64,000 nucleotides of DNA from Escherichia phage PECP14, in the sequence record OQ870555.1, one strand, 5' to 3'. Below the pieces are notes generated by a model. The model made no database searches. It was not told the DNA's origin and saw nothing but the letters and a program-made list of their open reading frames with translations. Positions 21,717 to 31,499 of the stretch are shown here, piece after piece. Positions within the stretch are counted from its first letter, which is position 1, and every line of letters begins with the position of its first letter. The position numbers and the translations under genes are program-made.

Positions 21717-21745
21717 ATTATAACAAGTATTTAAGCATTTAGCAA
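21717..21745 (-). promoter_or_regulatory. early promoter module (minus strand) upstream of ligase C-terminal subunit
   Basis: Minus strand reads TTGCTA-17 nt-TATAAT followed by ATAAATTGATAAGGAAG RBS leader. Confidence 0.6.
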
Positions 21746-21809
21746 CTACAATTTTAACTAACTTTGCTTACCCTCGCCATAACTTTCTATCCCTCAACTG
21801 AATGATAAT

Positions 21810-21838
21810 AGTATATACCTAAGCGGCGAAAATGTCAA
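21810..21838 (-). promoter_or_regulatory. near-consensus sigma70 promoter (TTGACA-17-TATACT), minus strand, in the ligase inter-subunit spacer
   Basis: Minus strand reads TATTGACATTTTCGCCGCTTAGGTATATACT. Confidence 0.55.
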
Positions 21839-21888
21839 TAACCACTTTATAATTCCGACATGGTAAACGGGTAGCAAAGGGTTACGAA

Positions 21889-22860
21889 TTAGTCGTATAC
21901 TCGCTCTACTATACAAGGGATTACACCACCAGCACGAATCACTCGAATCTGGCAACCGATCTCTAAATCGAGAGCGTTAATATAATCAACGTTATTAAGA
22001 GTTGCTTTAACGATTGTGGCATCATCAATAATCACCGGCTCGAAATAACCAACTGGAGTTACTTTACCAGAAGCCCCTACTTGCCATTCAACTTTAACAA
22101 GTGTGGTAATTTCGCCTTCTTCATCCTCTTTAATAGCAAATGCGCCACGAGGAAATTTATTAGTCCAACCTTCACGGAAGAATTTGTTGTTATCATTAAT
22201 ACGAACAACTTTACCATCTGTCGGAATCCATTTAAAGAAGGAACGAACATTAACAACTGTCAAGAAGTTCTCATTCTCTAGCCAAAGCATATCTTTTAAA
22301 TAGGCTTCTGTAATACCGACTGTTTCCGCTGAACACTGGATACCATATGCAACGAAGATTAAACCACCTTCACCAATACGTTGGATGAAATCATCGCTGT
22401 CTTTCAGGTTAATAGCACCTGAAGCGTAGTTACGTTTGTTCTCTACTTCTTTAGTAATGAGAACTTCACCAGTGATTTGAGTTGGAACTTTTTGGGAAAT
22501 AGTTTTAGGGATGTTCAGCATTTTAACATTATGCGTTACATCATTCCCTAGAATACCGTTACCACGAGTTAACGCTTGAACAAATTCACCATTAATATAT
22601 AATAGAGAAATCGCACAACCATCTAACTTATCAGTTTCAACCTGACCTAATGGATTGAATGGAGCTTTATCACCGCGACCGTAATAGACTTTCTGCAAAG
22701 AATACATACGATACAAATGAGGAATATCACCTTTCGGTCCGATTTCTTCCTCCAGTGGGAATCTTTTAATCAGACGATCATATTCTTCATCGGAAATAAG
22801 ACTCATTCCCTGGTAGTACGCTTCTTGACAACGTTTGATAAAGTCTTTTACATTATTCAT
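21889..22860 (-). CDS. NAD-dependent DNA ligase, N-terminal adenylation subunit
   Basis: 323 aa; adenylation lysine motif KLDG (VETDKLDGCAISLLY); OB-fold region. Confidence 0.8.
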   Translation of the reverse strand: MNNVKDFIKRCQEAYYQGMSLISDEEYDRLIKRFPLEEEIGPKGDIPHLYRMYSLQKVYYGRGDKAPFNPLGQVETDKLDGCAISLLYINGEFVQALTRGNGILGNDVTHNVKMLNIPKTISQKVPTQITGEVLITKEVENKRNYASGAINLKDSDDFIQRIGEGGLIFVAYGIQCSAETVGITEAYLKDMLWLENENFLTVVNVRSFFKWIPTDGKVVRINDNNKFFREGWTNKFPRGAFAIKEDEEGEITTLVKVEWQVGASGKVTPVGYFEPVIIDDATIVKATLNNVDYINALDLEIGCQIRVIRAGGVIPCIVERVYD

Positions 22861-23053
22861 CGTCTGCGATTTCCATTTTGAGTTCTTTGTTATACTGAGC
22901 AGCCATACCAGCTAAATCAGCAGCTTCTTTCAACCACGCATCTTTGTACGCTTTCTGGTTTGGAGTGCCGATACTATCCTGGTAATTGATTCTTGCTATG
23001 GAGAGCAAATTAAGTTTTGCTTGAATCTTTGGAAGTGTTATTGTCATTGCCAT
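22853..23053 (-). CDS. hypothetical small protein
   Basis: Start moved to ATG at 23053 (MAMTITLPK) behind a promoter module and GAGAGGAT RBS. Confidence 0.45.
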   Translation of the reverse strand: MAMTITLPKIQAKLNLLSIARINYQDSIGTPNQKAYKDAWLKEAADLAGMAAQYNKELKMEIADDE

Positions 23054-23138
23054 AATTGATCCTCTCATCAATTTATATAAATATTATATATGAAAACTGA
23101 GTCGAAAGCAAGTACATTTATAAAGAAAAAGCCAAGAA

Positions 23139-23447
23139 CTAGGCATTCTTGGCTTTGAGTTCTTCAGCTCGTTTCTGTACTTCATGCAAGACCTCGGATT
23201 CACTGAGGATTTGCGTAAAAGCGTAGAATAGCTGTGATGTAGTTTCTAGGGTATAAGGAAAAGAGAAGCCGGATTTCGTTGGAAACCACTCTCCAGTAAT
23301 ATCTTGGAGCCAGTAACGAATTCCCATGTATAGATTCCCACGAAATTCAGATACGGTTAGTCTTACTTGTTCCCCCTCCTTCTCCCAAAGCATGATGGAC
23401 TGGTCGTCAACGTGTCCTTCATAGTTTTGATTTACCTGATCGCTCAT
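23139..23447 (-). CDS. hypothetical protein
   Basis: 102 aa ORF with ATG start. Confidence 0.5.
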   Translation of the reverse strand: MSDQVNQNYEGHVDDQSIMLWEKEGEQVRLTVSEFRGNLYMGIRYWLQDITGEWFPTKSGFSFPYTLETTSQLFYAFTQILSESEVLHEVQKRAEELKAKNA

Positions 23448-23497
23448 TTACATATCCCAAATACACAAAAAGCCCCATATAGGGGCTAATTGGTTTC

Positions 23498-23794
23498 TTA
23501 TCGGCCTACTGGAGAAGCACGATCTAACTCTGACTGGAGGCTCGTCACACGGCGAACTTTCGCAACAGGAATGAAACGGAAGCTATCGTTAGTACGAGAG
23601 AAAACGAGGATTTCATCTTCTTTCGGCTTACGGATGCGCTCACGTTTAATACGCTCAGCCAGGTATTTATCCTGAGCTGGATCAAATTCCATTGTACCCT
23701 GAAGGTACGTGGTTCCTTTCTGACGAAGTTTTTCGTAATGAAGATAAAACTCACCAAATTTTTCGCATTGAGCAATAATTTCAGCTTTATTCAT
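23498..23794 (-). CDS. hypothetical protein
   Basis: 98 aa ORF with RBS AAGGAAT. Confidence 0.5.
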   Translation of the reverse strand: MNKAEIIAQCEKFGEFYLHYEKLRQKGTTYLQGTMEFDPAQDKYLAERIKRERIRKPKEDEILVFSRTNDSFRFIPVAKVRRVTSLQSELDRASPVGR

Positions 23795-23830
23795 AACTGT
23801 ATTCCTTGTGTTGGTGGATTTATCTAAGAA

Positions 23831-24241
23831 TTACTTAGTGATAGCTCGGATAGCTTCTGCCAGATGAGCAGCTGCTTTACCGGTCAGCTTGTCGATGATT
23901 GCGTCGTCCAGGAAGTCCGGTGCTAAGCCAGCATCAGAGAATGCAGAGCGAAGATCGGAGTGAGCCTGAGCTTTGGAAGTACGAGAACCACCAGAAGCTT
24001 TTTCTCCAGTAGATGCGCTTGATTTAGAAGTAGAGCCAGCAGCTTTCTTGATATACAGACCTGCTTTGGTCAGCTTCATACGGAAACCGTTCGGAGTTAC
24101 ACCATTTTCCTGAGCAATTTCGCTAACAATTTCCATGCTAACGCCCGGACGCTCATCTTCTGGGAATTGCTCCATACGAGCAACGTAGTCGGAAGACATT
24201 TTTTCGAACAGTTCATCAGTCCACTGAGTTGGAGTAGTCAT
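23831..24241 (-). CDS. hypothetical protein
   Basis: 136 aa ORF with ATG start. Confidence 0.5.
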   Translation of the reverse strand: MTTPTQWTDELFEKMSSDYVARMEQFPEDERPGVSMEIVSEIAQENGVTPNGFRMKLTKAGLYIKKAAGSTSKSSASTGEKASGGSRTSKAQAHSDLRSAFSDAGLAPDFLDDAIIDKLTGKAAAHLAEAIRAITK

Positions 24242-24348
24242 ATTTTTCGATTTCCTTAATTAAGAATTAAACAGAATAGTTCTTTCAAACTATGAGAATA
24301 TTATATCAAGAATTACAGGATTAAGCAACTGAAATTTTTCAGTAACTG

Positions 24349-24603
24349 CTACACATCTAGTTCAACGATCTCCCAATCGTTGGCCAGAGCTTCGTCTAGA
24401 GTTAGCTCAGTGGTTTTCCACGATGCATCGTCTAGCGTGAGTTTAGTGCGTCCATCTTTAGACCACCACCATGTAAATTCTACGATGTCATTATTATCAA
24501 CATCTACTTTGATAATAGTAGTAGAATAAGTATTGTTTTCCCAGCTATCTCGCTGGAGATATTTTACATCTCCAGCTTTTAACAGATCAGTTAGTTTACT
24601 CAC
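24349..24603 (-). CDS. hypothetical protein (GTG start)
   Basis: 84 aa ORF coupled to the upstream gene. Confidence 0.45.
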   Translation of the reverse strand: MSKLTDLLKAGDVKYLQRDSWENNTYSTTIIKVDVDNNDIVEFTWWWSKDGRTKLTLDDASWKTTELTLDEALANDWEIVELDV

Positions 24604-25300
24604 GGCGTTTTCCTTTCTCTTTATCGAGTTTCAGGGCAGCTTTAACAGCTTCATTAACCAACGTGATAACTTCTTCACGACTCCACTTAAAGCCTAGAGC
24701 TTTAACGTCAACACCCAGCTTTTCCAGATGTTTAACAGAAGCTAATTCGTAGTGCATATAGTGCACGTTCTGTTGTTTACCTTCTGATAACAACCAAACA
24801 CGATAACAACCAACTGGATTAGTCATTGCTTTCTTGATCTCACCAATACACTGATAGCCAGGAACCCAAACAAGTTCACCAACTTCAAACTCTTCTGCCA
24901 TTGCATCATCAGGAATCAGCGGAGGATTCAATGGATCAACAATATCGTTTAAACGAAGCAGAGCACCATAACGTTCCAGAACAGATTTAATCATCGCTAC
25001 AGAACGATAGTTACGATCAGCAATTTCTTCAAAAGAATCACCAGAAAGATACTGTTCAATTACGTTTGCAAGCTCAACACCCTCAATCAGTGTTCCGCGC
25101 TTCTTCTTTTTCATTTCCGCAACTTGAACCTGACGATCTCTCCATTCTTCGATCATTCGTTCCATAGTTGGGTTAGAAGAAACACCGAGCATTTCACATG
25201 CTGCTTTCTTAGTACCACCATTCTCCAGATGTTCAATAACCTTTTTAAAGGTTTCATCAGGGATTTCATGGATAAGTTTCTTTCTACGAGAACCAGCCAT
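24596..25300 (-). CDS. hypothetical protein (234 aa)
   Basis: ATG start; N-terminal HTH-like segment (..GGTKKAACEMLGVSSNPTM..). Confidence 0.55.
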   Translation of the reverse strand: MAGSRRKKLIHEIPDETFKKVIEHLENGGTKKAACEMLGVSSNPTMERMIEEWRDRQVQVAEMKKKKRGTLIEGVELANVIEQYLSGDSFEEIADRNYRSVAMIKSVLERYGALLRLNDIVDPLNPPLIPDDAMAEEFEVGELVWVPGYQCIGEIKKAMTNPVGCYRVWLLSEGKQQNVHYMHYELASVKHLEKLGVDVKALGFKWSREEVITLVNEAVKAALKLDKEKGKRRE

Positions 25301-25369
25301 ATTTAAACTCCTCTCTCAAATTTATGAATCTATTATACAGAAAATTTTTCCTGAAAGCAAATAAAATTT

Positions 25370-25603
25370 TTATGATTCTTTGAGCAAAGAAGCAAGTTCA
25401 GCATAGACTTTATCTAACTCAAAGCCAATGCGAAGAGACACACGAGTCTTCCGTTGTTTAAGTAACCATATGGAGACATTAGGGATGCCAGCGAGACGAG
25501 GTGGTACAACCCTACATAGTTTCTCCGCAGTATCGTAAACAGAAGTTTTACGTTCTTTTATGGGAAACTTCCTTGTTTCCCACTTTTTATTCTTCACTGT
25601 CAT
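25370..25603 (-). CDS. hypothetical small basic protein
   Basis: Start moved to ATG at 25603 with RBS GGGAG; overlaps upstream gene end by 17 nt. Confidence 0.4.
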   Translation of the reverse strand: MTVKNKKWETRKFPIKERKTSVYDTAEKLCRVVPPRLAGIPNVSIWLLKQRKTRVSLRIGFELDKVYAELASLLKES

Positions 25604-28376
25604 TTCTAGCTCCCAATTCAGCAAGAGCTTCCTCATGCATCTGACGTTCTTCATCTGTCATAAACTTAACTGGAATCGGCATACATTCGATCTTACAGTA
25701 AGTTCTGTACCAGTCCACAATCTTTTCCGTATCCAGATCTTTACCGATACCCATCATGCCAAGATACATACGAGCATATTTTGGGTTAGCGCTCTGACCT
25801 GTCTTAAGGAAGAAATCCTTCTTCTTATTCTTAAGAGCTTCGATAAACGGTTTGATTGTTACGTTTGAACACTTTTTAATATCTTCCCAGAACATCTCGT
25901 GCATCTTATGGAAAAATGCAGCTCGATCATTCGGTTTATCCTTGATATACTGTTCAACGTGTTCCACTGTTACATCTTTAATAGAATCCAGATGATAATA
26001 GCGAACCAGAAGTAACTTGGCTTCATAGGCATCTGCATGACGTGGTGCGCAATATTCAGGAGTTGAGTGCAGAATAGCTTTGATTCGCTCTTCTGTATAC
26101 TCTTTGCCTGCACCTTCGATAGTCCCCCAGCTTTCACTGAAGATATCAATAGTTGCACCTTGATCGAGAAGATAATAACGCAAAGTACTGGTATAGTTTC
26201 TAGATTCCAGCTCACGACGGCGTGCGTACAGTTGCTGAGCTAACTCAATCCAACCCTCGTCAATATTATATTGCTCGGAACCCGCAGAGAATCCACTCGT
26301 AGATTTATCAATAAAATAATAAATGTTCTGAGCACCACGGTCGCGCCTGATTGCTTGAAAACGCATGTTTGGCGCTTGGTTTGAGGTTCTAGTGATTACG
26401 AATACGTTATCAAAATAGTTAAAGTCAACACCACTCGTTACAGATGGACTACATAATAAACAATCAATCTGTTGATCAATTAGCTCATTAGTTGTATAAT
26501 CCAGAATACGTCGGATATCTACATCAGACGTAGAGTTTGAGTGAATTTCTTTAACTAACGCACCAGTATTACGACGTAATGCCATTCCCTTCTCATTCAG
26601 TTCATCCGGGCCACAGTCAGATACTAGGATTGATTTCTCCCCCATCTCTAAAGATGTTTGAAGTGCAACCCAAATACTGGATTCATCAGGGAATTCATAA
26701 GCATGAGCTTTCGCCAGCATTTTACGGTGGTGATTATAAAATGCGACTGGTTTATCAAAATCAATCAAAGAACCATAGGCTTCAATCGTTTCTGCACTGA
26801 TATCACCATCGGATAAGATAACAGTTTTAGCAGTAATAAGGATATCACGAAGAACCTGAATACATTCACGACGGTTTTTAACAACCGGAGCGAATAACAG
26901 ATCATTCATTACTGCGTCACATTCATCAATAAAGATCGTATCAATCTGACCCACAAAGCTCTTGAACTTATGGATAGAGTGAATAGTTGAAGACATACGA
27001 TCAATGGCACCACGTTTGAAGTTCAGCATATCAACTGACTTATCATACTGACCAGCACCGAATTTCTTCGCGTTAGAAGATACAAGTGCCCTAGTATTTG
27101 TGATTGCAATAAAGTTTCCTGGAAGAACACCTGCATCTAGCCACTTAGTTACTGCTGTAGTTTTACCCGTACCAAGACTTGCCTTAACAAATGTTAAATG
27201 TCCTTTTGGGGGTACAATGTTAATTTTCAGGTACGGAACTTCTGGTGGAGAATCTGTGTCTAGACGTTTTAATGGTACACCTTTTAAGTTTGGTGGAATC
27301 TCACGTTTGGAGTTATTTACAAAGGCTTTGAGAGCCTGCTTACGACCGTTATTAAAGTAATCTTGAATATTACGACTATTATCTTTAGTCGCAATATACT
27401 CAGATAAAGCTGGTTTAATCTCACGTTCTAACCACGTAAAGTCAACACCATCTTCTAACGCTCTGTGATAAAGTTTTGGGATAATACGCAGGTACACTCC
27501 ATCCTCAGCTTCTTCTAGTTCGCTGATGGTTTCTTCCACTTTATCAGATGCAGCCTTCTTGCCTTTAATTTGATCAAGTAAGGAGTAGAACTCTTCTTTA
27601 AACTCACCTCTAGTTGTTTCAAAGTCAACTAGGTTATTAGGTAGATTCACCTTCGAACCCTTAACATATACAAGACGTGGTTTATTCTCCGCTTTAAACG
27701 GATCGACTATACCATCATCAAATAAGGGATCTGCAAAATAGTGAAGCTGAACAGAAGAATAATAAGCTAAGTCAGCAATATCAAAGCCATACTTTTGCTT
27801 ACTACTGTCATTGATAGATGTAAATAAGAACTTTAACTGTCCCTGCGTTACCTTGACATTAGATTCTAGCATTAAGTGCATTCGGATACCTGGTTTTAAT
27901 CCAGCCGAAGACGATGCATGGGCAATAAACCCTGCATCAAGAGGAAACATATCCTCACTAATACTATTCAACATCTTAATAATATGACGTGCCATGCCAA
28001 CAAGATTAAACTTGTCATAGCCACCAGTATCTACAATACCATCCACGTCCATAGCAATAATATGACTAGGATTGGATACGTTAAAGTTTCCCCTGGTACG
28101 ACGCACATTATCTTTTGGAGCTAAACATTTACCACGAATAGCTACAATATGCGGGTCTTTGGTAAGACGACGCATGATAGGTAACATTTCAGCAAGGTTT
28201 TGCGGGTCAAGTTCTTCAAGTACATCAAATTTGAAGGGCATGGAAGCTGGTTTACCTTCTGGATGCTCTTTAGAGAATCGCTTTGCAAAGGTGTAATCTT
28301 CCACTTTGATCTCTTTCCAGATGCCAGTGGCTTTATCTCTGGAAAATCCTGCGTGACCTTGTAGGATTGAGAACAC
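25587..28376 (-). CDS. large Walker-A/B ATPase, putative replication-initiation or helicase-like protein
   Basis: Walker A SLGTGKTT, Walker B IFIDECD; first 41 codons of the track ORF are low-complexity, GTG at 28376 with RBS AGGAG is the likelier start. Confidence 0.65.
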   Translation of the reverse strand: MFSILQGHAGFSRDKATGIWKEIKVEDYTFAKRFSKEHPEGKPASMPFKFDVLEELDPQNLAEMLPIMRRLTKDPHIVAIRGKCLAPKDNVRRTRGNFNVSNPSHIIAMDVDGIVDTGGYDKFNLVGMARHIIKMLNSISEDMFPLDAGFIAHASSSAGLKPGIRMHLMLESNVKVTQGQLKFLFTSINDSSKQKYGFDIADLAYYSSVQLHYFADPLFDDGIVDPFKAENKPRLVYVKGSKVNLPNNLVDFETTRGEFKEEFYSLLDQIKGKKAASDKVEETISELEEAEDGVYLRIIPKLYHRALEDGVDFTWLEREIKPALSEYIATKDNSRNIQDYFNNGRKQALKAFVNNSKREIPPNLKGVPLKRLDTDSPPEVPYLKINIVPPKGHLTFVKASLGTGKTTAVTKWLDAGVLPGNFIAITNTRALVSSNAKKFGAGQYDKSVDMLNFKRGAIDRMSSTIHSIHKFKSFVGQIDTIFIDECDAVMNDLLFAPVVKNRRECIQVLRDILITAKTVILSDGDISAETIEAYGSLIDFDKPVAFYNHHRKMLAKAHAYEFPDESSIWVALQTSLEMGEKSILVSDCGPDELNEKGMALRRNTGALVKEIHSNSTSDVDIRRILDYTTNELIDQQIDCLLCSPSVTSGVDFNYFDNVFVITRTSNQAPNMRFQAIRRDRGAQNIYYFIDKSTSGFSAGSEQYNIDEGWIELAQQLYARRRELESRNYTSTLRYYLLDQGATIDIFSESWGTIEGAGKEYTEERIKAILHSTPEYCAPRHADAYEAKLLLVRYYHLDSIKDVTVEHVEQYIKDKPNDRAAFFHKMHEMFWEDIKKCSNVTIKPFIEALKNKKKDFFLKTGQSANPKYARMYLGMMGIGKDLDTEKIVDWYRTYCKIECMPIPVKFMTDEERQMHEEALAELGARNDSEE

Positions 28377-28992
28377 AACAATACTCCTATGTTGGTTATT
28401 CGGATATCTTTCTTTAGGACTATTCAAAAGAATAGAACAACTATTACTACCATTTACACAAACATTAATCATCATCAAGCAGTATGAATAAGTTATCATA
28501 CCTCAGTGCTGCGCTCTCTTAACTCTTATCCAGATCAGAACCTAGGTCATTGGCCGCTAAGCCGATTCTGATTGCCCTCACTATCCTATTGGTAGGTGGC
28601 TACTGGACGTGTCACCATTCGCTGCTCTTTTCGTTCGCACCCCCATATAAAGCTCTGCCTATATAACGAGCTAAATATGCACGGTTTGGATTTACCTTTC
28701 CGAATTCAGGGTACGCAGATCACTTAATTGATAATTAACTAATGCAGTATAAACACTAGTAATAGTTAAAACAACCCTTAATGGGGCAGCCTAACTGTTC
28801 CGTATTGCGGATTGTAAACAAGAAAAATTAGCAAAATCAATTTTTACTAATGTCTCTCAATTCAATATAAATATTATATCAAGATTTTGAGCATCCTGCA
28901 AGTAAAATTTTTCCGAAGGTGCTATCAGTGTCTTTGAGCACAGAGAAAACCGAGTCAAAACGACTCGGTAATCAGGATTGAGCTAATGAAAA

Positions 28993-29388
28993 TCAATCAT
29001 CATTTAGGCCTGGGACATAGATTCCAATGCGATTTAATCGACCTTTAGCTTCTTCGAGAATATCTTCGGTGTACTCCCAAATATCATCTTCTACTTGCAA
29101 AAGATAAGGGGATTCACCAGTTTCGGGGTCACGTGTAATGGCTAAACCACGTGGATGGAATATAGAGAAGTTGAGGGCAACAATCAAGCCCATGCTGGAC
29201 AATTCATTCCAGTCAGCTTCCCAACCATCATCTTCATCTTCGTCCACAAAGACACCTACACTAGGGTCTGTTACAGAAGTAAACGGAAATGTTACACTAA
29301 CCTTGTCAACCCCCAACCAACGTGCAAGGAGCCCCTCAGCACGCTCTACCAAACTAGGATCTATCTGACGCCAAAATACTTGTTCCAT
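28993..29388 (-). CDS. hypothetical protein, tandem paralogue A
   Basis: 131 aa; RBS AGGAGG; shares ...G(L/M)(I/V)(V/F)ALN...R.G..(V/I)PGL... with the next gene. Confidence 0.55.
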   Translation of the reverse strand: MEQVFWRQIDPSLVERAEGLLARWLGVDKVSVTFPFTSVTDPSVGVFVDEDEDDGWEADWNELSSMGLIVALNFSIFHPRGLAITRDPETGESPYLLQVEDDIWEYTEDILEEAKGRLNRIGIYVPGLNDD

Positions 29389-29397
29389 TCTGCCTCC

Positions 29398-29826
29398 TTA
29401 AGCAGTTAAACCTGGGATCATATACCCGAAACGACGAAGTTTCTGAATCCCCTCATTTACTTCTTCGGGCGAGTATGACCAGCCCTCACGTTCATTTACC
29501 TGGAAAGCAGGAGCTTCACCAGTGCGATAATTTACAATAAGACGGTGATTTGCAGGCATAAACAGCTTATGGTTCAAGGCAAAAACCAGACCCATTTCAT
29601 CAAGTTCTTTCCAGTCTACAATCTCTTCTACTCCCTCGCCTAAATCCACACTAACTCCAATACACGGAGCTTCCTCTAGCGGGCCTTTAAAGGATAAGAA
29701 GATATCGTTATTCTCACACCAAATCTTGAGCAGATTGATGGTTTCATTATACATACCATTAGGGAGAGAGCGCCAGAAGTTGAGAAGCATAGGATTTACC
29801 TCTTTCATGAAAATATTATTGAACAT
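29398..29826 (-). CDS. hypothetical protein, tandem paralogue B
   Basis: 142 aa; same conserved blocks as the 131-aa neighbour. Confidence 0.55.
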   Translation of the reverse strand: MFNNIFMKEVNPMLLNFWRSLPNGMYNETINLLKIWCENNDIFLSFKGPLEEAPCIGVSVDLGEGVEEIVDWKELDEMGLVFALNHKLFMPANHRLIVNYRTGEAPAFQVNEREGWSYSPEEVNEGIQKLRRFGYMIPGLTA

Positions 29827-29828
29827 GC

Positions 29829-30344
29829 TTATACCTTAAGTTTCTGAAGAGCCTTACACATTTCAAGATCTGGACTAAATTCCAGCATATAGCTGATAGC
29901 ATTTAAATCTTGAAGGTTTATTCCAGTCCTGCCATTTACAATAACAGTAGGAAATTGGTACATCATAGCACCAGCATCATCTAGGACGCACCAATGCTTG
30001 AGCTTATGTTTTTCTACGAAACGTAAGACAGAATTACCCCGAGATAAACCACCTCCAGTAAAATCTGTTGTACCAAGAAAACGATCGATCAAACCGAGTC
30101 CGGTCATAATCTGAACGTTCTCCATTTCATTTCGTACAGAAAACCATGAAGATACCCCAACAATCATTATTGGGGATGGCTTAAGAAAGTTCTGAAAAGC
30201 CTGGAGTAATGGCTTGTAAACCCAATCACCACCAAAGAATAGCTTCTCACTATCTGGAGCATGATGGTGAGAGATGCTCGAATTGAGCACCCCATCAATA
30301 TCCAGGAAAATCACAGGAGTATTACTTATTTCCACCAGTAGCAT
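29829..30344 (-). CDS. HAD-superfamily phosphatase-like protein
   Basis: Motif VIFLDIDGVLN near the N-terminus; start uncertain (30368 or 30344). Confidence 0.55.
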   Translation of the reverse strand: MLLVEISNTPVIFLDIDGVLNSSISHHHAPDSEKLFFGGDWVYKPLLQAFQNFLKPSPIMIVGVSSWFSVRNEMENVQIMTGLGLIDRFLGTTDFTGGGLSRGNSVLRFVEKHKLKHWCVLDDAGAMMYQFPTVIVNGRTGINLQDLNAISYMLEFSPDLEMCKALQKLKV

Positions 30345-30507
30345 CCCACGTCCAGACTTTAACTTCATCAGTAAAAGGAACTGGAACCTTCAATTCACCT
30401 TTACCCCACATAACAGATAGGAACAGAGAATAAATGGTAATCATACCGATTAGGTTGACAAACCATACTAGACCTTTCCAGATACCCTTAAAAATCTTCT
30501 TCACCAT
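30322..30507 (-). CDS. small membrane protein
   Basis: Start moved to ATG at 30507 with RBS AAGGAGGGAG; one hydrophobic helix. Confidence 0.4.
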   Translation of the reverse strand: MVKKIFKGIWKGLVWFVNLIGMITIYSLFLSVMWGKGELKVPVPFTDEVKVWTWDATGGNK

Positions 30508-30670
30508 ATTCTCCCTCCTTAATAAGGAACTCTTTCCATTCTGCTGTATCCTCATAGATAACGCAGAAATCATCACTCTTCCATGAGAAGTCATCAGTAG
30601 CAAATTCGAAACGGTAGCACCAACTACCGTCTGGCCATACTAAAAGATCACACATGCTTTTCTGGGACAT
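30488..30670 (-). CDS. hypothetical small acidic protein
   Basis: Start moved to ATG at 30670 with RBS GGAGGG inside the end of the Sir2-like gene. Confidence 0.4.
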   Translation of the reverse strand: MSQKSMCDLLVWPDGSWCYRFEFATDDFSWKSDDFCVIYEDTAEWKEFLIKEGEYGEEDF

Positions 30671-31499
30671 AAATATTTCCCTCCATAAAAGCTTCAACTT
30701 GATCAATAAAGTGTTTATTACCAAAAACTTCGGCAGCTCCAGCACGCCATACAGTAACACCACGTTTCTCATACTCAAGCTGTTCGTCATAACGAACTTG
30801 TGGGTTAACAACCATCATCTTAGTTCCACGACATACAGCAGGAAATAGCTCCCAGTTGAAGTCGATTACTTGGTTGCTACAACCTACTACAATAACCATA
30901 TCATTGCTAGTAAGTGTATCAAACAGGTTAATCTGACCCATATACCACGGAGCCGTCTCACCAAAGAATGTTACGTTTGGTTTTACCCATTCGTAATCCT
31001 CAGGGGCAATCGCAGTATACCCAACATCTTCGATGATTTGGTTGCGACCCTGACGATAGATCACCTCTTTCAAGTACCCGTGAGCGTGAATGATTTCATC
31101 ACGAGGGATACCAGCACGTTCCAGAAGGTCATCAACGTTAGTAGTGAAGTTCTTCACGCTATCCTCACCATAACGCTGGAACCATTCTGCAATTCGCAGA
31201 TGGGCAATGTTAGGCTCAACAGTCTGTAATTCCTGACGACGCATGTTGTAGAACTCATGAGTCTTGAGATACAGATCGTTACCATCTTTATCAATGCCAG
31301 GGAAACGAGCACTGAAGTAGTTAGGATCATCTTCACCACAGAAGCGACGGAAGCCAGCTTCAAAGTTAGGCAAGCTACATACTTCCTCTAGATCGTACTC
31401 ATCCCACAAGGATTTCCCACTAGCAGTATCAGTACGGAAAGCACGAACACCACTATCTACACTCAAACCTGCACCACTAACAACGATTAGTCTACGCAT
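30648..31499 (-). CDS. Sir2-family (sirtuin-like) NAD-binding protein
   Basis: 283 aa; N-terminus VVSGAGLSVDSGVRAFR matches the sirtuin GAG(I/L)S..SGI..FR motif; later TTNVDDL...HG resembles the NID/HG block; no Zn-Cys cluster seen. Confidence 0.7.
   Translation of the reverse strand: MRRLIVVSGAGLSVDSGVRAFRTDTASGKSLWDEYDLEEVCSLPNFEAGFRRFCGEDDPNYFSARFPGIDKDGNDLYLKTHEFYNMRRQELQTVEPNIAHLRIAEWFQRYGEDSVKNFTTNVDDLLERAGIPRDEIIHAHGYLKEVIYRQGRNQIIEDVGYTAIAPEDYEWVKPNVTFFGETAPWYMGQINLFDTLTSNDMVIVVGCSNQVIDFNWELFPAVCRGTKMMVVNPQVRYDEQLEYEKRGVTVWRAGAAEVFGNKHFIDQVEAFMEGNIYVPEKHV

Noticed and set aside
28377-28499. N-terminal 41 codons of the track ORF 25587..28499.
   Set aside because: Low-complexity translation and no RBS; a GTG at 28376 with an AGGAG RBS gives a sensible N-terminus.
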